DNA of 64,000 bases from Propionibacteriaceae bacterium (GCA_035634295.1 DASQDG010000038.1:17209-81208); one strand, 5' to 3'. Counted from the first letter of the stretch, positions 46,813-61,204 are shown. Notes: generated by a model not told the origin, from the letters alone. Numbers and translations are program-made.

Positions 46813-48006
46813 TCAGCCCTTGACCGCCGCCGCCAGCAGGTGCGCCCGGTCGGTCTTCTCCCAGGTCAGGTCGGGCAGCTCTCGGCCGAAGTGGCCGTAT
46901 GCCGCTGTCTGGGCATAGATCGGCCGCTTCAGGTCGAGGTCGCGGATGATCGCCGCCGGGCGCAGGTCGAATACGTGCAGCACGGCGTCTTGGATCTGCT
47001 CGACGGGCAGCGTCTCGGTGCCGAAGGTCTCCACGTAGAAGCCGACCGGGTGTGCCCGGCCGATGGCGTAGGCGACCTGAACCTCGCAGCGGCGGGCCAG
47101 TCCGGCGGCAACCACGTTCTTGGCGACCCAGCGCATGGCATACGCCGCCGAGCGGTCGACCTTGGACGGATCTTTGCCGGAGAACGCGCCACCGCCGTGG
47201 CGAGCCATCCCGCCGTAGGTGTCCACGATGATCTTGCGCCCGGTCAGTCCGGCGTCACCCATCGGCCCGCCGATCTCGAACCGGCCGGTCGGGTTCACGA
47301 GCAGCTGGAAGTCGGTGGCGTCGATCTCGTAGCGCTCGAGCACCGGCTCGACCACGTGCTTGCGCACGTCGGGCGCCAGCATGGCTTCCAGGTCGATGTC
47401 GCCGGCGTGCTGGCTGGACACCACTACCGTATCTAGCCGAACCGGCTTGTCCCCCTCGTACTCGAAGGTGACCTGGGTCTTGCCGTCGGGGCGCAGGTAG
47501 GCCATGGTGTGGTCCTTGCGGGCCGCGGACAGCTGCTCAGCCAGCCGGTGCGCCACGTCAATAGGCAGCGGCATCAGCGTCGGCGTCTCGTCGCAGGCGT
47601 AGCCGAACATCAGCCCCTGGTAGCCGGCCCCTTGGTGGTCCAGCACGTCGACCGACTCGCCGGTGCGGGTCTCCACCGCAGTGTCCACACCCTGGGCGAT
47701 ATCGGGCGACTGAGCGCCGATGGCCACCTGGACGCCGCAGGAGGCGCCATCGAACCCCTTGGTCGAGGAGTCGTAGCCGATGTCGAGGATCCGCTGGCGG
47801 ACGATGCCCGGGATCTCGGCGTAGGCGTCGGTGCTCACCTCACCGGCCACCACCACGAGCCCCGTGGTGACCAGGGTCTCCACCGCTACCCGGCTGTTCG
47901 GGTCCTGGCGGAGCAGCTCGTCGAGGACAGAGTCGCTGATCTGGTCGGCGATCTTGTCCGGATGCCCCTCGGTCACCGACTCCGACGTGAACAGTCTTCC
48001 CGGCAT
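46813..48006 (-). CDS. metK: S-adenosylmethionine synthetase (signature reads GAGYQG instead of GAGDQG)
   Basis: [45 protein letters not shown]. Confidence 0.96.
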   Translation of the reverse strand: MPGRLFTSESVTEGHPDKIADQISDSVLDELLRQDPNSRVAVETLVTTGLVVVAGEVSTDAYAEIPGIVRQRILDIGYDSSTKGFDGASCGVQVAIGAQSPDIAQGVDTAVETRTGESVDVLDHQGAGYQGLMFGYACDETPTLMPLPIDVAHRLAEQLSAARKDHTMAYLRPDGKTQVTFEYEGDKPVRLDTVVVSSQHAGDIDLEAMLAPDVRKHVVEPVLERYEIDATDFQLLVNPTGRFEIGGPMGDAGLTGRKIIVDTYGGMARHGGGAFSGKDPSKVDRSAAYAMRWVAKNVVAAGLARRCEVQVAYAIGRAHPVGFYVETFGTETLPVEQIQDAVLHVFDLRPAAIIRDLDLKRPIYAQTAAYGHFGRELPDLTWEKTDRAHLLAAAVKG

Positions 48007-48080
48007 GCTTGGTCTCCCTGACTTGATGGATTCTGGCGAGTGGTCTCTTCGTACCGGTGCCCCCGCGGCGATCTTGCACT

Positions 48081-49307
48081 TTACCGCCGGGCGCGCAGCT
48101 CCAGCGCCGCATCCCAGATGTCGTGGGCCAGCGTGTCCTTGCCGCCCACGATCGGCCCCCGCACGCTGTCGGCGGTGATCAAGGTGATCTCGTTGTCCGG
48201 TTGGCCGAACGCCCGGCCGTGCCCGACCGGGTTCAGCACCAGCAGGTCGCAGCCCTTGCGGGCGAGCTTGGCCTGCCCCAGCTCAAGCAGGCTGTGCTCG
48301 GTGGTGGGCGTCTCGGCCGCGAAACCCACCAGCACCTGGGCCGGATCCCGTCGGCTGGCGACCAGAGCGGCGAGCACGTCCGGCGTCTGTACGAGGGCCA
48401 ACTCCAAACCCATCGAGTCGGACTGCTTCTTGATCTTGGTCGCGCTGCTGGTGGCCGGGGTGAAGTCGGCAGGCGCGGCTGCCATCACGACCAGGTCGGC
48501 CTCCTGCGCGCACCGGGTCATGGCCTCGGCCAGTTCCGAGGTGGAGCCGACTGTCTCCACCTCGGTTCCGGCGGGTGCGGGCAGGGCCACGTTGGCCGCC
48601 ACCAGGTGTACGACGGCTCCGCGGAGCACGGCGGCCCGAGCCAGTGCATAGCCCATCAGACCCGAAGACATGTTGCCCAGATATCGCACCGGGTCCAGGT
48701 GCTCCCGAGTTCCCCCAGCGCTGACGCTCACCCGTTGGCCGGCCATGTCCCGGGCGGCCAGCTGCGAGGCGATCGCCGGGCGGGCCAACACGGTGGCGGC
48801 CACCGCAACGATCTCCGCAGGCTCCGGCAGCCGGCCGGGACCGGAGTCGGCGCCGGTCAGCCGGCCACTGTCCGGGTCGACCACCACGTCTCCACGCGCA
48901 CGCAAGATGGCCACGTTGGCCCGGGTGGCGGCGTGCTGCCACATCTCGGTGTGCATGGCCGGAAGAAAGACGACGGGACAGTGCGCGGTCAGCAGCACGT
49001 TGGTGAGCAGGTCGTCGGCCCGGCCGGCGGCGGCCCGGGCCAGCAGGTCTGCGGTGGCCGGGGCAACCAGCACCAGGTCGGCCCGCTGGCCGAGCCGAAC
49101 GTGTGGAACGGAGGCTGCGTCGTCCCACACCGAGGTGGACACGGGATGCCCCGAGAGCGCGGCCCAGGTGGCCGTGCCGACGAACTGCAAGGCGGACTCC
49201 GTCGGCACCACCGTGACGTCGTGGTCGGCGGCACGGAGTCGACGAAGCACCTCGCACGCCTTGTAAGCCGCGATGCCGCCGGCGACCCCCAGAACGATCC
49301 GGCTCAC
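48081..49307 (-). CDS. coaBC: Bifunctional PPC decarboxylase / PPC synthetase
   Basis: [38 protein letters not shown]. Confidence 0.95.
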   Translation of the reverse strand: MSRIVLGVAGGIAAYKACEVLRRLRAADHDVTVVPTESALQFVGTATWAALSGHPVSTSVWDDAASVPHVRLGQRADLVLVAPATADLLARAAAGRADDLLTNVLLTAHCPVVFLPAMHTEMWQHAATRANVAILRARGDVVVDPDSGRLTGADSGPGRLPEPAEIVAVAATVLARPAIASQLAARDMAGQRVSVSAGGTREHLDPVRYLGNMSSGLMGYALARAAVLRGAVVHLVAANVALPAPAGTEVETVGSTSELAEAMTRCAQEADLVVMAAAPADFTPATSSATKIKKQSDSMGLELALVQTPDVLAALVASRRDPAQVLVGFAAETPTTEHSLLELGQAKLARKGCDLLVLNPVGHGRAFGQPDNEITLITADSVRGPIVGGKDTLAHDIWDAALELRARR

Positions 49308-49370
49308 AGGTGGGGCCGGGTCACGTTCTGGGTCGCTGCGACGGTGTGGGTGCCAGCAAGCGGGCTGCGC

Positions 49371-49688
49371 TCAGGCGGGATCGGCGAATGTGGCCGCAGG
49401 CACGCCGGCGACAGCGTCGTCAGCGTCAGGGTCGATGTCTGTGCAGGTCAGCAGGCCAGCGTTGACCTCGCGCAGCGCGATACTGAGCGGCTTCTCCTGC
49501 ACGGTGGTCTCCACCAGGGGGCCGACGTAGTCCAACAGTCCCTCGCCGAGCTGGGAGTAGTAGGCGTTGATCTGGCGAGCGCGCTTGGCCGCGTAGAGCA
49601 CCAGCTTGTACTTCGAGTCGGAGTGGGTCAGCAGGTCATCGATGGGGGGATTCGTGATGCCCTCGGCGACCGTGGTGTGTGCAGACAA
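49371..49688 (-). CDS. rpoZ: RNA polymerase omega subunit
   Basis: [38 protein letters not shown]. Confidence 0.96.
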   Translation of the reverse strand: MSAHTTVAEGITNPPIDDLLTHSDSKYKLVLYAAKRARQINAYYSQLGEGLLDYVGPLVETTVQEKPLSIALREVNAGLLTCTDIDPDADDAVAGVPAATFADPA

Positions 49689-49788
49689 GTGGGACCTTCA
49701 GTGTCAGAAGACGGTTTGAGCCTGACAGTTTCCATTGGCCCTACAGTTCAAACAGTCCACTTTGGGCAACTGTCGGATCGCTGGAGAA

Positions 49789-50340
49789 CTACAGGCCTAG
49801 TAACTCTACCAACTCCCGCGCCGCTTGGCCTAGTTCGCCGTTGACGATCACGTGGTCGAACTCCGCCATGGCCGCCATCTCAGCCTTGGCCGATTCCAGC
49901 CGTCGCTGTCGCTGGGCGTCGGACTCGGTCCCGCGGCCGACCAGTCTCCGGACGAGCTCGTCCCACGAGGGCGGCGCCAGGAAGACGAACCGGGCCGTCG
50001 GCCAGGAGTCCCGCACCTGACGGGCTCCCTGCAGGTCGATCTCCAAGATGGCCTCGCGACCCGCGGCCAGCGCGGCCAGCAGCGGCGCCTTCGGGGTGCC
50101 GTAGCGGTTGCTGCCGTGGACCACCGCCCACTCCAGCAGCTCACCGGCGGCGATCAGCTCGTCGAACTCCTCGTGACCGACGAACATGTAGTGGAACCCG
50201 TCCACCTCGCCGGGTCGTGGGGCTCGGGTGGTCGCCGACACGGAGACGAACACCTCGGGATGCTCGTCGCGGATGCGCGACACCAGCGTGCCTTTGCCGA
50301 CTGCGGTAGGGCCCGAGACGACGGTGAGCTGTGGGCTCAC
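49789..50340 (-). CDS. gmk: Guanylate kinase
   Basis: SGPTAVGKGT, SATTRAPRPGE, RYGTP, LEIDLQGA. Confidence 0.96.
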   Translation of the reverse strand: MSPQLTVVSGPTAVGKGTLVSRIRDEHPEVFVSVSATTRAPRPGEVDGFHYMFVGHEEFDELIAAGELLEWAVVHGSNRYGTPKAPLLAALAAGREAILEIDLQGARQVRDSWPTARFVFLAPPSWDELVRRLVGRGTESDAQRQRRLESAKAEMAAMAEFDHVIVNGELGQAARELVELLGL

Positions 50341-50690
50341 GACGGCGGCGGCGGGGATGTCTCCGGGCTGGTGTCGCCTGCGCTGAACTCCGCGATCAGA
50401 GCCGCGGTCTGGTGGATCCCGAGCCCGCGCAACCGCCGGTTGGGTGCGATATCGAGCCGATGCATCACTTTGCCGGCCCGGACGGCCCCGACTCGGGGCA
50501 GCGACTTCAGCACGTCCACCACCTTGGCGTGCGCCACGACCTCGTCGCGCTCGGCCACCGCCAGCACCTCCGCCAGGGTGGTTTCTCCCCGGCGCAGTGA
50601 CTTCTTGACCTCGGCCCGGCGGCGACGGGCCTCGGTGGCCGCCGTACGGGCCTGCTGACGCTGTTCGTCGCTCAGCGGCGGGATGGTCAC
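50337..50690 (-). CDS. mihF: Actinobacterial integration host factor (mIHF/sIHF)
   Basis: PPLSDEQRQQA..AARRRRAEVK..LPRVG.VRA..M..L.IAPNRRLRGLG; position between pyrF and gmk. Confidence 0.9.
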   Translation of the reverse strand: MTIPPLSDEQRQQARTAATEARRRRAEVKKSLRRGETTLAEVLAVAERDEVVAHAKVVDVLKSLPRVGAVRAGKVMHRLDIAPNRRLRGLGIHQTAALIAEFSAGDTSPETSPPPPS

Positions 50691-50747
50691 GGGCGCGCCC
50701 TCATCCCCCTACCTTCACACAGTTCGACGAATCCTGGGAAGAAAAAC

Positions 50748-51596
50748 CTACGCCGTCGAGGTGACGGCGACCACGTCAGCGAGGACCCGGTCCGCGGCCT
50801 CCCGCAAGGCTGCTGGCTGCGGTCCGGCAGACATCACCTCACGGCTCACCGACGGCAGCACCAGCGGCAGGGCAGGTCCGAAAACGTCCACGAGATCGGC
50901 TGCTTCGGCGCCCTGGGCCCCGACGCCGGGCGCCAATATGGACCCGTTCAGCGCGCTGAAGTCCAGACCCGTCCCGCCGATGGTGGCGCCGACTACCACG
51001 CCGACGTGGCCGAGCTCACCCAGGCTGGCTGCCTGGGCGTTGGCCTCGCCGGCCGCTGCGATCACCGACGCACCGACCGTGACGCCGGTGGTGGTGACGG
51101 CGTGCTGGACTGCGGGCCCCTCGGGATTGCTGGTCAGCGCCAGCACGTAGACGCCGCGCCCACTCGCGCCGGCCAGGTCGACGGCCTCCCGGAGCGACCC
51201 GAAACCGAGGTAGGGACTCAGCGTGATGGCGTCGGCTGCCATCGGCGAGCCGTCGCTGAGGTAGGCGACGGCGTAGGCGGCCATGGTGGACCCGATGTCG
51301 CCGCGCTTGACGTCCAGCAGCGACAGCGCGCCGGCCTGGGCGATGTCGGCCAGCACCCGTTCCAGCACGGCCACTCCGGCCGAGCCGTAGGCCTCGAAGA
51401 ACGCCGACTGCGGCTTCATCACGGCCACCTGCAAGCCCAGCGCCTCCACCATGCCGCGGGCGCAGCGCTCCAGCCCGGCGGCGTCGGCGGCCAGGCCCCA
51501 GCGGGCGAGCAGCTGCGGATGCGGGTCGATCCCCACGCAAAGGGCGCCACGGCGAGCCACCGTCTCGGCCAGCCGGCGGCCGTAGGTCAAGGTCAC
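50748..51596 (-). CDS. pyrF: Orotidine-5'-phosphate decarboxylase
   Basis: CVGIDPH, KPQSAFFE, LDVKRGDIGST, ILAPGVGAQG. Confidence 0.96.
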   Translation of the reverse strand: MTLTYGRRLAETVARRGALCVGIDPHPQLLARWGLAADAAGLERCARGMVEALGLQVAVMKPQSAFFEAYGSAGVAVLERVLADIAQAGALSLLDVKRGDIGSTMAAYAVAYLSDGSPMAADAITLSPYLGFGSLREAVDLAGASGRGVYVLALTSNPEGPAVQHAVTTTGVTVGASVIAAAGEANAQAASLGELGHVGVVVGATIGGTGLDFSALNGSILAPGVGAQGAEAADLVDVFGPALPLVLPSVSREVMSAGPQPAALREAADRVLADVVAVTSTA

Positions 51597-52690
51597 CTGA
51601 TCCTCCTGGCCGCGGTGCGACGGTTGATCTCAGAGACGAGCGCCGGCCCTGAGTAGATGAAGCCGGTGTACACCTGCAGCAGCCGGGCACCGGCGTCCAG
51701 CATCGCCAGGGCGTCGTCGGCGGTGACGATACCGCCGACCCCGATCACCGGCAGGTCGGAGGCGGAAGCCAGATAGCCGACCACGTCCCGAGCGCGCTGT
51801 GTCAAGGGCGCCCCGGACAACCCGCCGGTCTCCCGGGCCCGGGCGGCCTCGTCGGGGCTTACGCCGTCGCGAGCGAGGGTGGTGTTGGTGGCGATCAGGC
51901 CAGCGACTGCACTGTCGAGGCACACCTCCAGCACCTCGTCCAGGGCCGCCTCACTCAGGTCGGGCGCGATCTTGACCAACACCGGCACCGGACTCACCGG
52001 CGAGAGCCGCCGCGCCTGGGCGACCATCTCGACCACCAGCTCGTGCAGTGCGGCCCGATCCTGCAGCGAGCGCAGGCCCGCGGTGTTGGGACTGGACACG
52101 TTCACCGCCACGTAGTCGGCATAGGGCGCCAGCAACCGGAACGAGGTCAGGTAGTCCGAGGTGGCCTTCGCCACTGGCGTGGTCCGGGTGAGGCCGATGG
52201 ACACCCCGACCGGCATCCCCACGGCGCCGTTGCCGCGCCGTACCCCGGCCCGTTCCAGCCGCTCGGCCAAAGCCCGAGCGCCGGAGTTGTTGAACCCCAT
52301 CCGGTTGACCAGGGCCCGGCTGTGCGGCAGCCGGAACAGCCTCGGCTGCTCGTTGCCGGGCTGGGCTGAGGCGGTCACGGTCCCCAGCTCGGCGTGGCTG
52401 AAGCCCAGCGAGGACCAGGCTTTGAGCCCGACCCCGTTCTTGTCGAGCCCTGCGGCCAGGCCGACCACGCCGGGGAACTCGATCCCGGCCACGGTCACGA
52501 TCGGCCGCGGAGCCGCGGTGAGCGCCGCCAAGGCACGCAGCGCGGTCCGGGACTCCCCCAGGCGCTCGAGCGCAGCCAGAGTGGCCTCGTGCACACGTTC
52601 GGCGTCGCCGCCGTAGGAGCCGAACAGCACGGGGCGGAGCAGCCGTTGGTAGCCCACATCGAGTGCGCGTTGGCGCAAGGGTGATCCCAA
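51593..52690 (-). CDS. pyrD: Quinone-dependent dihydroorotate dehydrogenase
   Basis: GLAAGLDKNG, NRMGFNN, NVSSPNT, VKIAPD, GGLSG; start uncertain. Confidence 0.93.
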   Translation of the reverse strand: MGSPLRQRALDVGYQRLLRPVLFGSYGGDAERVHEATLAALERLGESRTALRALAALTAAPRPIVTVAGIEFPGVVGLAAGLDKNGVGLKAWSSLGFSHAELGTVTASAQPGNEQPRLFRLPHSRALVNRMGFNNSGARALAERLERAGVRRGNGAVGMPVGVSIGLTRTTPVAKATSDYLTSFRLLAPYADYVAVNVSSPNTAGLRSLQDRAALHELVVEMVAQARRLSPVSPVPVLVKIAPDLSEAALDEVLEVCLDSAVAGLIATNTTLARDGVSPDEAARARETGGLSGAPLTQRARDVVGYLASASDLPVIGVGGIVTADDALAMLDAGARLLQVYTGFIYSGPALVSEINRRTAARRIR

Positions 52691-52691
52691 G

Positions 52692-56005
<3,314 letters not shown>

Positions 56006-56006
<1 letters not shown>

Positions 56007-57148
56007 CAGGCGGGAGTCCCGGCGTCTTGTCGGGTGGCGAGCACGTCCAGGAATCGGTCGAAGAGATAGCCGGCGTCGTGCGGCCCGGCTGCCGCCTCGG
56101 GGTGGTACTGCACGCTGAAGGCGGCCAGCCGGCCGTTGTCGCCGGTCAGCCGAAGCCCTTCGACCACCTGGTCGTTGAGGTTGACATGGCTCACCTCGGC
56201 CATCCCGTACGGGGTCTCGGTCGCCCGGTCCAGCGGCGCGTCGACGGCGAAGCCGTGGTTGTGGGAGGTGATCTCCACCTTGCGGGTCTGGAGGTCCATC
56301 ACCGGCTGGTTGATGCCTCGGTGGCCGTACCGCAGCTTGTAGGTGCCGAAGCCGAGCGCCCGGCCGAAGATCTGGTTGCCGAAACAGATGCCGAAGAACG
56401 GCATCCGGGCCGCCAGCACCCCGCGCAGCAGGGCGACCTCGGTGTCGGCGACGGCCGGGTCGCCCGGGCCGTTGGAGAAGAAGACACCGTCGGGCGCCCG
56501 CGCCGTCAACTCCTCGAGGCTCGTGGAGGCCGGCAGCACATGCACCTCGACGCCACGCTCGGCCAGGCGGTAGGGCGTCCGGGTCTTGATGCCGAGATCC
56601 ACCGCGGCGACGGTGAATCGGCGCTCGCCCTGGGCGGGCACCACGTACGGCTCGGGGGTGGTGACGTCGCCGATCAGGTTGGCGCCCAGCATGGCCGGCG
56701 CCTGCTGCACCCGACCGAGCAACGCCTGCGGGTCGACCTCGGTGCTGGAGATGCCTACCCGCATGGCGCCCCGTTCGCGCAGGTGCCGGGTGAGTGCGCG
56801 CGTGTCGACGTCGCAGATGCCCACGACACCTTGACGCCTGAGCTCGTCGTCCAAGCTCCGCCGGGCCCGCCAGCTCGAGGGCATGCGGGCCGCGTCGCGC
56901 ACCACATAGCCAGCCACCCAGATCTGGCCGGACTCGTCGTCCTCGTCGTTCCAACCCGTGTTGCCGATGTGCGGAGCGGTGGCAACCACAATTTGGCGGT
57001 GGTAGCTGGGGTCGGTCAGCGTCTCCTGGTAGCCCGACATCGCGGTGGCGAAGACCGCCTCGCCGAATGCCTCACCCGGGGCTCCAAAGGCCGAACCGGA
57101 AAACGTACGTCCGTCCTCGAGCACCAACAGCGCAGGCAGGCAGGTCAT
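56006..57148 (-). CDS. carA: Carbamoyl-phosphate synthase small subunit
   Basis: [36 protein letters not shown]. Confidence 0.97.
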
Positions 57149-57154
57149 GACCGT

Positions 57155-57188
57155 CCTTTCCTGCCTCACAGGACAGGTCTTAAAGGTT
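57155..57188 (-). promoter_or_regulatory. PyrR-binding RNA element overlapping the carA ribosome-binding site
   Basis: Minus strand AACCUUUAA-GA-CCUGUCCUGUGAGGCAGG-AAAGG matches the PyrR consensus (CUUUAA...GUCCnGnGAGG); TAGCCT -10 box at 57201-57206. Confidence 0.85.
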
Positions 57189-57232
57189 GGTGTTCCCCAG
57201 AGGCTACCGCAACCTTCTCGGCCCAGACGACA

Positions 57233-57295
57233 TCGAGCCCCGCTCGCTGCGTCGAGCCCGCAGCAGCGGGGTCGAGGCACACGAGCGGGGCTCGA
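57233..57295. repeat. REP-like palindromic element, family 2, copy B
   Basis: 14-bp perfect inverted repeat tcgagccccgctcg / cgagcggggctcga; inner cgtcgagcccgc shared with 15324-15396. Confidence 0.85.
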
Positions 57296-57312
57296 AGCGC
57301 TGCAGGTCGGTG

Positions 57313-58377
57313 CTAGAACACGCTGTTCGGGTCGTAGTACTCGTCGATGTTCTCGCACCCGATGCCGACCGCCTTGGTGAACGACTCCTTGGGGTAGTCG
57401 CCGGGCTTCTTCTTGCCGGTGGCCACCTCGACGGAGATCTTCAGTGCCTGTTCCGCGGCCAGGGACGGTGAGTTGAGCCCGGTCGAGATGTAGCGACCGT
57501 CGCAGCCTCCGCTCTTGATCAGCGCGAGCGCCTCCTTCTGACCGTCGGCGGATGCGGCCACGTAGACGTTCTTGTACTGCTCCTTGCCGTTGACGACGTT
57601 GTAGCCGCCCAGGGCCATGGAGTCGTTCAGTCCCAGGACCAGGTCCGTGTCCGGGTTGGCCGCAAGCATGTTCTCGGCCGCCACCTGGCCCTTGTCCTGG
57701 GCGTAGTCACCGGACTGCTCGCCCTTGATCTCGTACGGCAGGCCGCCCTTCTTGAGTCCGTCCAGGAACCCCTGGCGGCGGGCCGGGCCGACGAACTCGT
57801 CCGTGGCGGGACCGGTCAGGATCACCATCTTGATGCTCTTCTTGCCATTGTCCAGGAAGCGCTTGGCGGTGATCTCGCCTGACATGCGGCCGATGGTGAG
57901 GTTGTCGGACTGCACGCTCGTCATCCCGGTGCCGGGGACGCTGGTGTCGATGTAGGTCACCGGGATGCGGGAGGCGATCTGGGTCATCATCTCCTTTTGA
58001 CCCTTGACGCTGGTCGCGTTGACCACCAGCACGTCGGCACCCTGGGCCATCATGGACTGCATCTGGTTCATCTGGATGGCGGGATCCTTGTTGGCGGCCT
58101 GGAAGAGCAGCGTGAACCCCTGCTCCCTGGCGATCTGCTCCGACTGCCTCTGCATGGCCGCGAAGTAGGGGGCCTGAAGCTGCTGCTGGGCGAAGCCCAC
58201 CACCACTTCTTTGACGTCTGACTTGACGCCGTTGGCCGGCCCCGTGGCCGGCTCCGCGGACGGGTAGATCTGCCCACAGGCTGTGGCCGTGAACAGTGCG
58301 GTCGCGGCCGCCACCGCGCCGAACCGGGTCCGTCGTCGACGACGAATGGTCACTGCGCTCCTTGTCAGGTTGCTCAT
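57313..58377 (-). CDS. Sugar ABC transporter substrate-binding lipoprotein (RbsB-like)
   Basis: Lipobox [32 protein letters not shown]. Confidence 0.9.
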   Translation of the reverse strand: MSNLTRSAVTIRRRRRTRFGAVAAATALFTATACGQIYPSAEPATGPANGVKSDVKEVVVGFAQQQLQAPYFAAMQRQSEQIAREQGFTLLFQAANKDPAIQMNQMQSMMAQGADVLVVNATSVKGQKEMMTQIASRIPVTYIDTSVPGTGMTSVQSDNLTIGRMSGEITAKRFLDNGKKSIKMVILTGPATDEFVGPARRQGFLDGLKKGGLPYEIKGEQSGDYAQDKGQVAAENMLAANPDTDLVLGLNDSMALGGYNVVNGKEQYKNVYVAASADGQKEALALIKSGGCDGRYISTGLNSPSLAAEQALKISVEVATGKKKPGDYPKESFTKAVGIGCENIDEYYDPNSVF

Positions 58378-58389
58378 CTTCGGACCGCG

Positions 58390-59421
58390 CTACTTCGCGG
58401 CCGGCGTGGTCGAGTCCAGCTTCTTCTTCCGCGAGAACTGAACGGTGGCCAGTGTGACCGCGACCAGGATCAGCGCACCGCGGAACGCATCCTGAAGGAA
58501 GGTGGAGACGTTCAGCAGGGACAGCAGGTTGGCGATTACCGCGAAGATGATGGTGCCGACCACCGCGCCGAAAACCTTTCCACGCCCACCCGACAGCGCC
58601 GCACCACCGATCACCACGGCGGCGATCGCTTCAAGCTCCAGCAGGCTGCCCGCGGTGGAGGTGCCGCTGGCGAAGCGGGACAGGAACATCCAGCCGCCGA
58701 GGCCCACCAGCAGCCCGGCCAGGATGTAGACCGACCACAGCGTGGCCTTGACGGGGATGCCCGAGCTGCGGGCCGCTTCGACGTTGGAGCCGATCGCGTA
58801 GACCCGACGGCCCCACACGGTCCGGTTGAGCAGGAATGCGACCAGCAGCACCATCAGGATCCAGATGATGGCCAGCGTGGGGATGCCCAGGACGGTGCTC
58901 TGACCGAAGGCGGCGAACGAGGACGCGGCCGACGGGTTGATCGGGATGCCGTTGCCGTAGGCGTACACCAGACCGCGCGCCAGCGCCAGCATGCCCAGCG
59001 TGACGATGAACGGCTCGAGCCCTCGGAACGCCACCAGCCAGCCGTTCACCGCGCCGACGATGCCGCCGATCAGCAGAGCCACCACCAGCGCGAGCAGGAC
59101 CGAGGGCCCTCCGAACAAGCCGGCCGAAACCACCGCGGCCAGCCCCAGGGTCGAGCCGACGCTGATGTCGATGCCGCCGGTGAGCACCACGATCAGCTCG
59201 GCCAGCACGACCACGCCGATGATGGACATCTGCAGCAGCAGGTTGGTGAGGTTGGTGCCACCCCAGAAGACCGACCCCTTGGTGATGGTGGCGATCAGCA
59301 GTAGGGCGACCAGGATGTAGAGGGCGTATTGGCTCTTGAGCCAGTTGGTGAAGGCCTGGCCTGCGGTGTAGTCCTGCTCCTCGTGATGGTGTACGGGGGG
59401 TGCAGTGTCTGTCGCTGTCAT
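58390..59421 (-). CDS. Sugar ABC transporter permease (RbsC-like)
   Basis: GGIDISVGS, PFIVTLG, YAIGSN.EAARSSGI, LEAIAAVVIGG. Confidence 0.92.
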   Translation of the reverse strand: MTATDTAPPVHHHEEQDYTAGQAFTNWLKSQYALYILVALLLIATITKGSVFWGGTNLTNLLLQMSIIGVVVLAELIVVLTGGIDISVGSTLGLAAVVSAGLFGGPSVLLALVVALLIGGIVGAVNGWLVAFRGLEPFIVTLGMLALARGLVYAYGNGIPINPSAASSFAAFGQSTVLGIPTLAIIWILMVLLVAFLLNRTVWGRRVYAIGSNVEAARSSGIPVKATLWSVYILAGLLVGLGGWMFLSRFASGTSTAGSLLELEAIAAVVIGGAALSGGRGKVFGAVVGTIIFAVIANLLSLLNVSTFLQDAFRGALILVAVTLATVQFSRKKKLDSTTPAAK

Positions 59422-59460
59422 GAATTAGCTCCTTCGCTGATCAGCTGCGGGGGGAAGGGT

Positions 59461-61014
59461 TCAGTCTTGGTGGGACAGGGCCGTACGAATCAGGTCATCG
59501 GTGTCGGCGTGCTCCGGGTCGAACTCGTCCACGATCTTGCCGTTGCGCATGACGAGGATGCGGTGGCAGAGCGACAGCAGCTCTTCGGCTTCACTGGAGA
59601 CCACCAGCACCCCCTTCCCGCGGGCGGCGACGCTGTGGATGATCTCGTAGATGTTGGCTCGAGCACCGACGTCGATGCCCTTTGTCGGTTCGTCCAGCAC
59701 GACGAACTCCGGGTCGGTCTCCATCCACTTGGCGACGACCACTTTCTGCTGGTTGCCGCCGCTGAGGGTGCGGGTGTAGGTCTTGGTGCCACCCTTGACC
59801 TGGTATTCGCCGATCAGCTCACGCACCCGCTTCTTCTCCTGGGCCGACTGGACCACTCCGCCTTTGGCCATCTTCGGCAGCACGACCAGACTCATGTTCT
59901 CGCCGTTGTCGAAGTCCTTGACGAAGCCTTCGAGCCGGCGGTCCTCGGTGAGATAGGCGATTCCCTGGGCGACGCCGGATCCAGGGTTCGGCAAGCTGAC
60001 CTCCTTGCCGTGTAGCTTGATCGAACCGCTCACCGCCCGCTTCTGTCCCGTGATGGTGCGGGCCACAGAGGACCGACCGCTGCCGACCAGGCCGTAGAGG
60101 CCGACGATCTCGCCAGGATTGACGTCGAACGACACCCCCTGCGCGGTCCCGCCATACAGGTCGCGCACCGACATCACCGGGACCGTGTCGGCCGACTTCT
60201 GCACCGGTGCCGGACGGTCGAGCGCCTTGAGGGCCTGACCGATCATCAGGGCGGTCACCTCGTCGGGGTTGGACTCCGACGCCTTGACCACGTCAACAAG
60301 CTGCCCGTTGCGCAACACGGCGATCCGGTCGCACATGGCGAACACCTCGTTGAGCCGGTGGGAGACGAAGATGATCGACGTACCGGCCTCCTTCTCCCGC
60401 TTCACCAGGTCCAAGATGTCGTTGAAGTGCTCTTCGCTGGTCGACGCCGTGGTCTCGTCCAGGATCATGATCTTGTGGTGCGTCACCGCGGCTCGGCTCA
60501 GTGACAACATCTGCCGCTGTCCGGGTCCGAGGTCGCGGGCCAGCTGGCGCGTTGACAGGTGGCCCAGGCCGACGCCCTGCAACACCTGACGCGTTTCGGC
60601 ACTGTTGGTGTCCACTTTCTGGGCCCAGGGGCGAATGTCGCGGCCCTCGCGCAGCTTGTAGAGCCAGACGTTTTCGCCAACGGTGAAGTCGTCGATGATC
60701 AGCGGCTCCTGGTGCATCATCAGCACGCCGGCCTGCTCGGCCTCAGCGGCGTTGCGTACCGGGTGCGCGTAGCCGGTGATCGAGATCTCGCCGTCGGTCG
60801 GAGTGTCAACGCCGGCCAACAACTTGGCGAAAGTGGACTTGCCGGCGCCGTTGGCACCGCAGATGCCCAGCACTTCACCTGCGTAGCCCTGGAGGTCGAC
60901 GCCGTCCAGCGCCTTGACCCCCGGGTAGTGCTTCTTCACGCCGACGGCGGTGAAGGCCACCTCCCCGTGCGGCAGCTGTGCTGCGTCATCGTCGAGCTGC
61001 TTGGCGGTAGCCAC
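59461..61014 (-). CDS. Sugar ABC transporter ATP-binding protein (two NBDs, RbsA-like)
   Basis: GANGAGKST, FVSHRL.E, LSGGNQQK, LDEPTKGIDVGA; ggagg RBS before GTG 61014. Confidence 0.92.
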   Translation of the reverse strand: MATAKQLDDDAAQLPHGEVAFTAVGVKKHYPGVKALDGVDLQGYAGEVLGICGANGAGKSTFAKLLAGVDTPTDGEISITGYAHPVRNAAEAEQAGVLMMHQEPLIIDDFTVGENVWLYKLREGRDIRPWAQKVDTNSAETRQVLQGVGLGHLSTRQLARDLGPGQRQMLSLSRAAVTHHKIMILDETTASTSEEHFNDILDLVKREKEAGTSIIFVSHRLNEVFAMCDRIAVLRNGQLVDVVKASESNPDEVTALMIGQALKALDRPAPVQKSADTVPVMSVRDLYGGTAQGVSFDVNPGEIVGLYGLVGSGRSSVARTITGQKRAVSGSIKLHGKEVSLPNPGSGVAQGIAYLTEDRRLEGFVKDFDNGENMSLVVLPKMAKGGVVQSAQEKKRVRELIGEYQVKGGTKTYTRTLSGGNQQKVVVAKWMETDPEFVVLDEPTKGIDVGARANIYEIIHSVAARGKGVLVVSSEAEELLSLCHRILVMRNGKIVDEFDPEHADTDDLIRTALSHQD

Positions 61015-61031
61015 CCGTACCCCTCCCCATC

Positions 61032-61045
61032 TGCTCATCTGAGCA
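61032..61045. promoter_or_regulatory. Candidate operator 1 of the SorC/DeoR-type regulator
   Basis: TGCTCA-TC-TGAGCA perfect palindrome just upstream of the ABC ATPase start; repeated at 61191. Confidence 0.7.
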
Positions 61046-61190
61046 CTGCGAATCTCTTCTGAAGTCTTGCGCTGACTTGCTGCCTCCGTCAACCCTTACC
61101 CTGAGACTCGCGGTCAGAACGCTCACTCAACCGCGTGTCGCGCGAATACTTCAGGCTCACGTCCTGCCGACTAGCATGCTGATAGGGTCC

Positions 61191-61204
61191 TGCTCACATG
61201 AGCG
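61191..61204. promoter_or_regulatory. Candidate operator 2, overlapping the regulator start codon
   Basis: TGCTCA-CA-TGAGCG. Confidence 0.7.

Noticed and set aside
47990-48080. SAM riboswitch upstream of metK (or cobalamin riboswitch upstream of metH)
   Set aside because: The intergenic regions are short and lack the conserved cores; metH appears leaderless.
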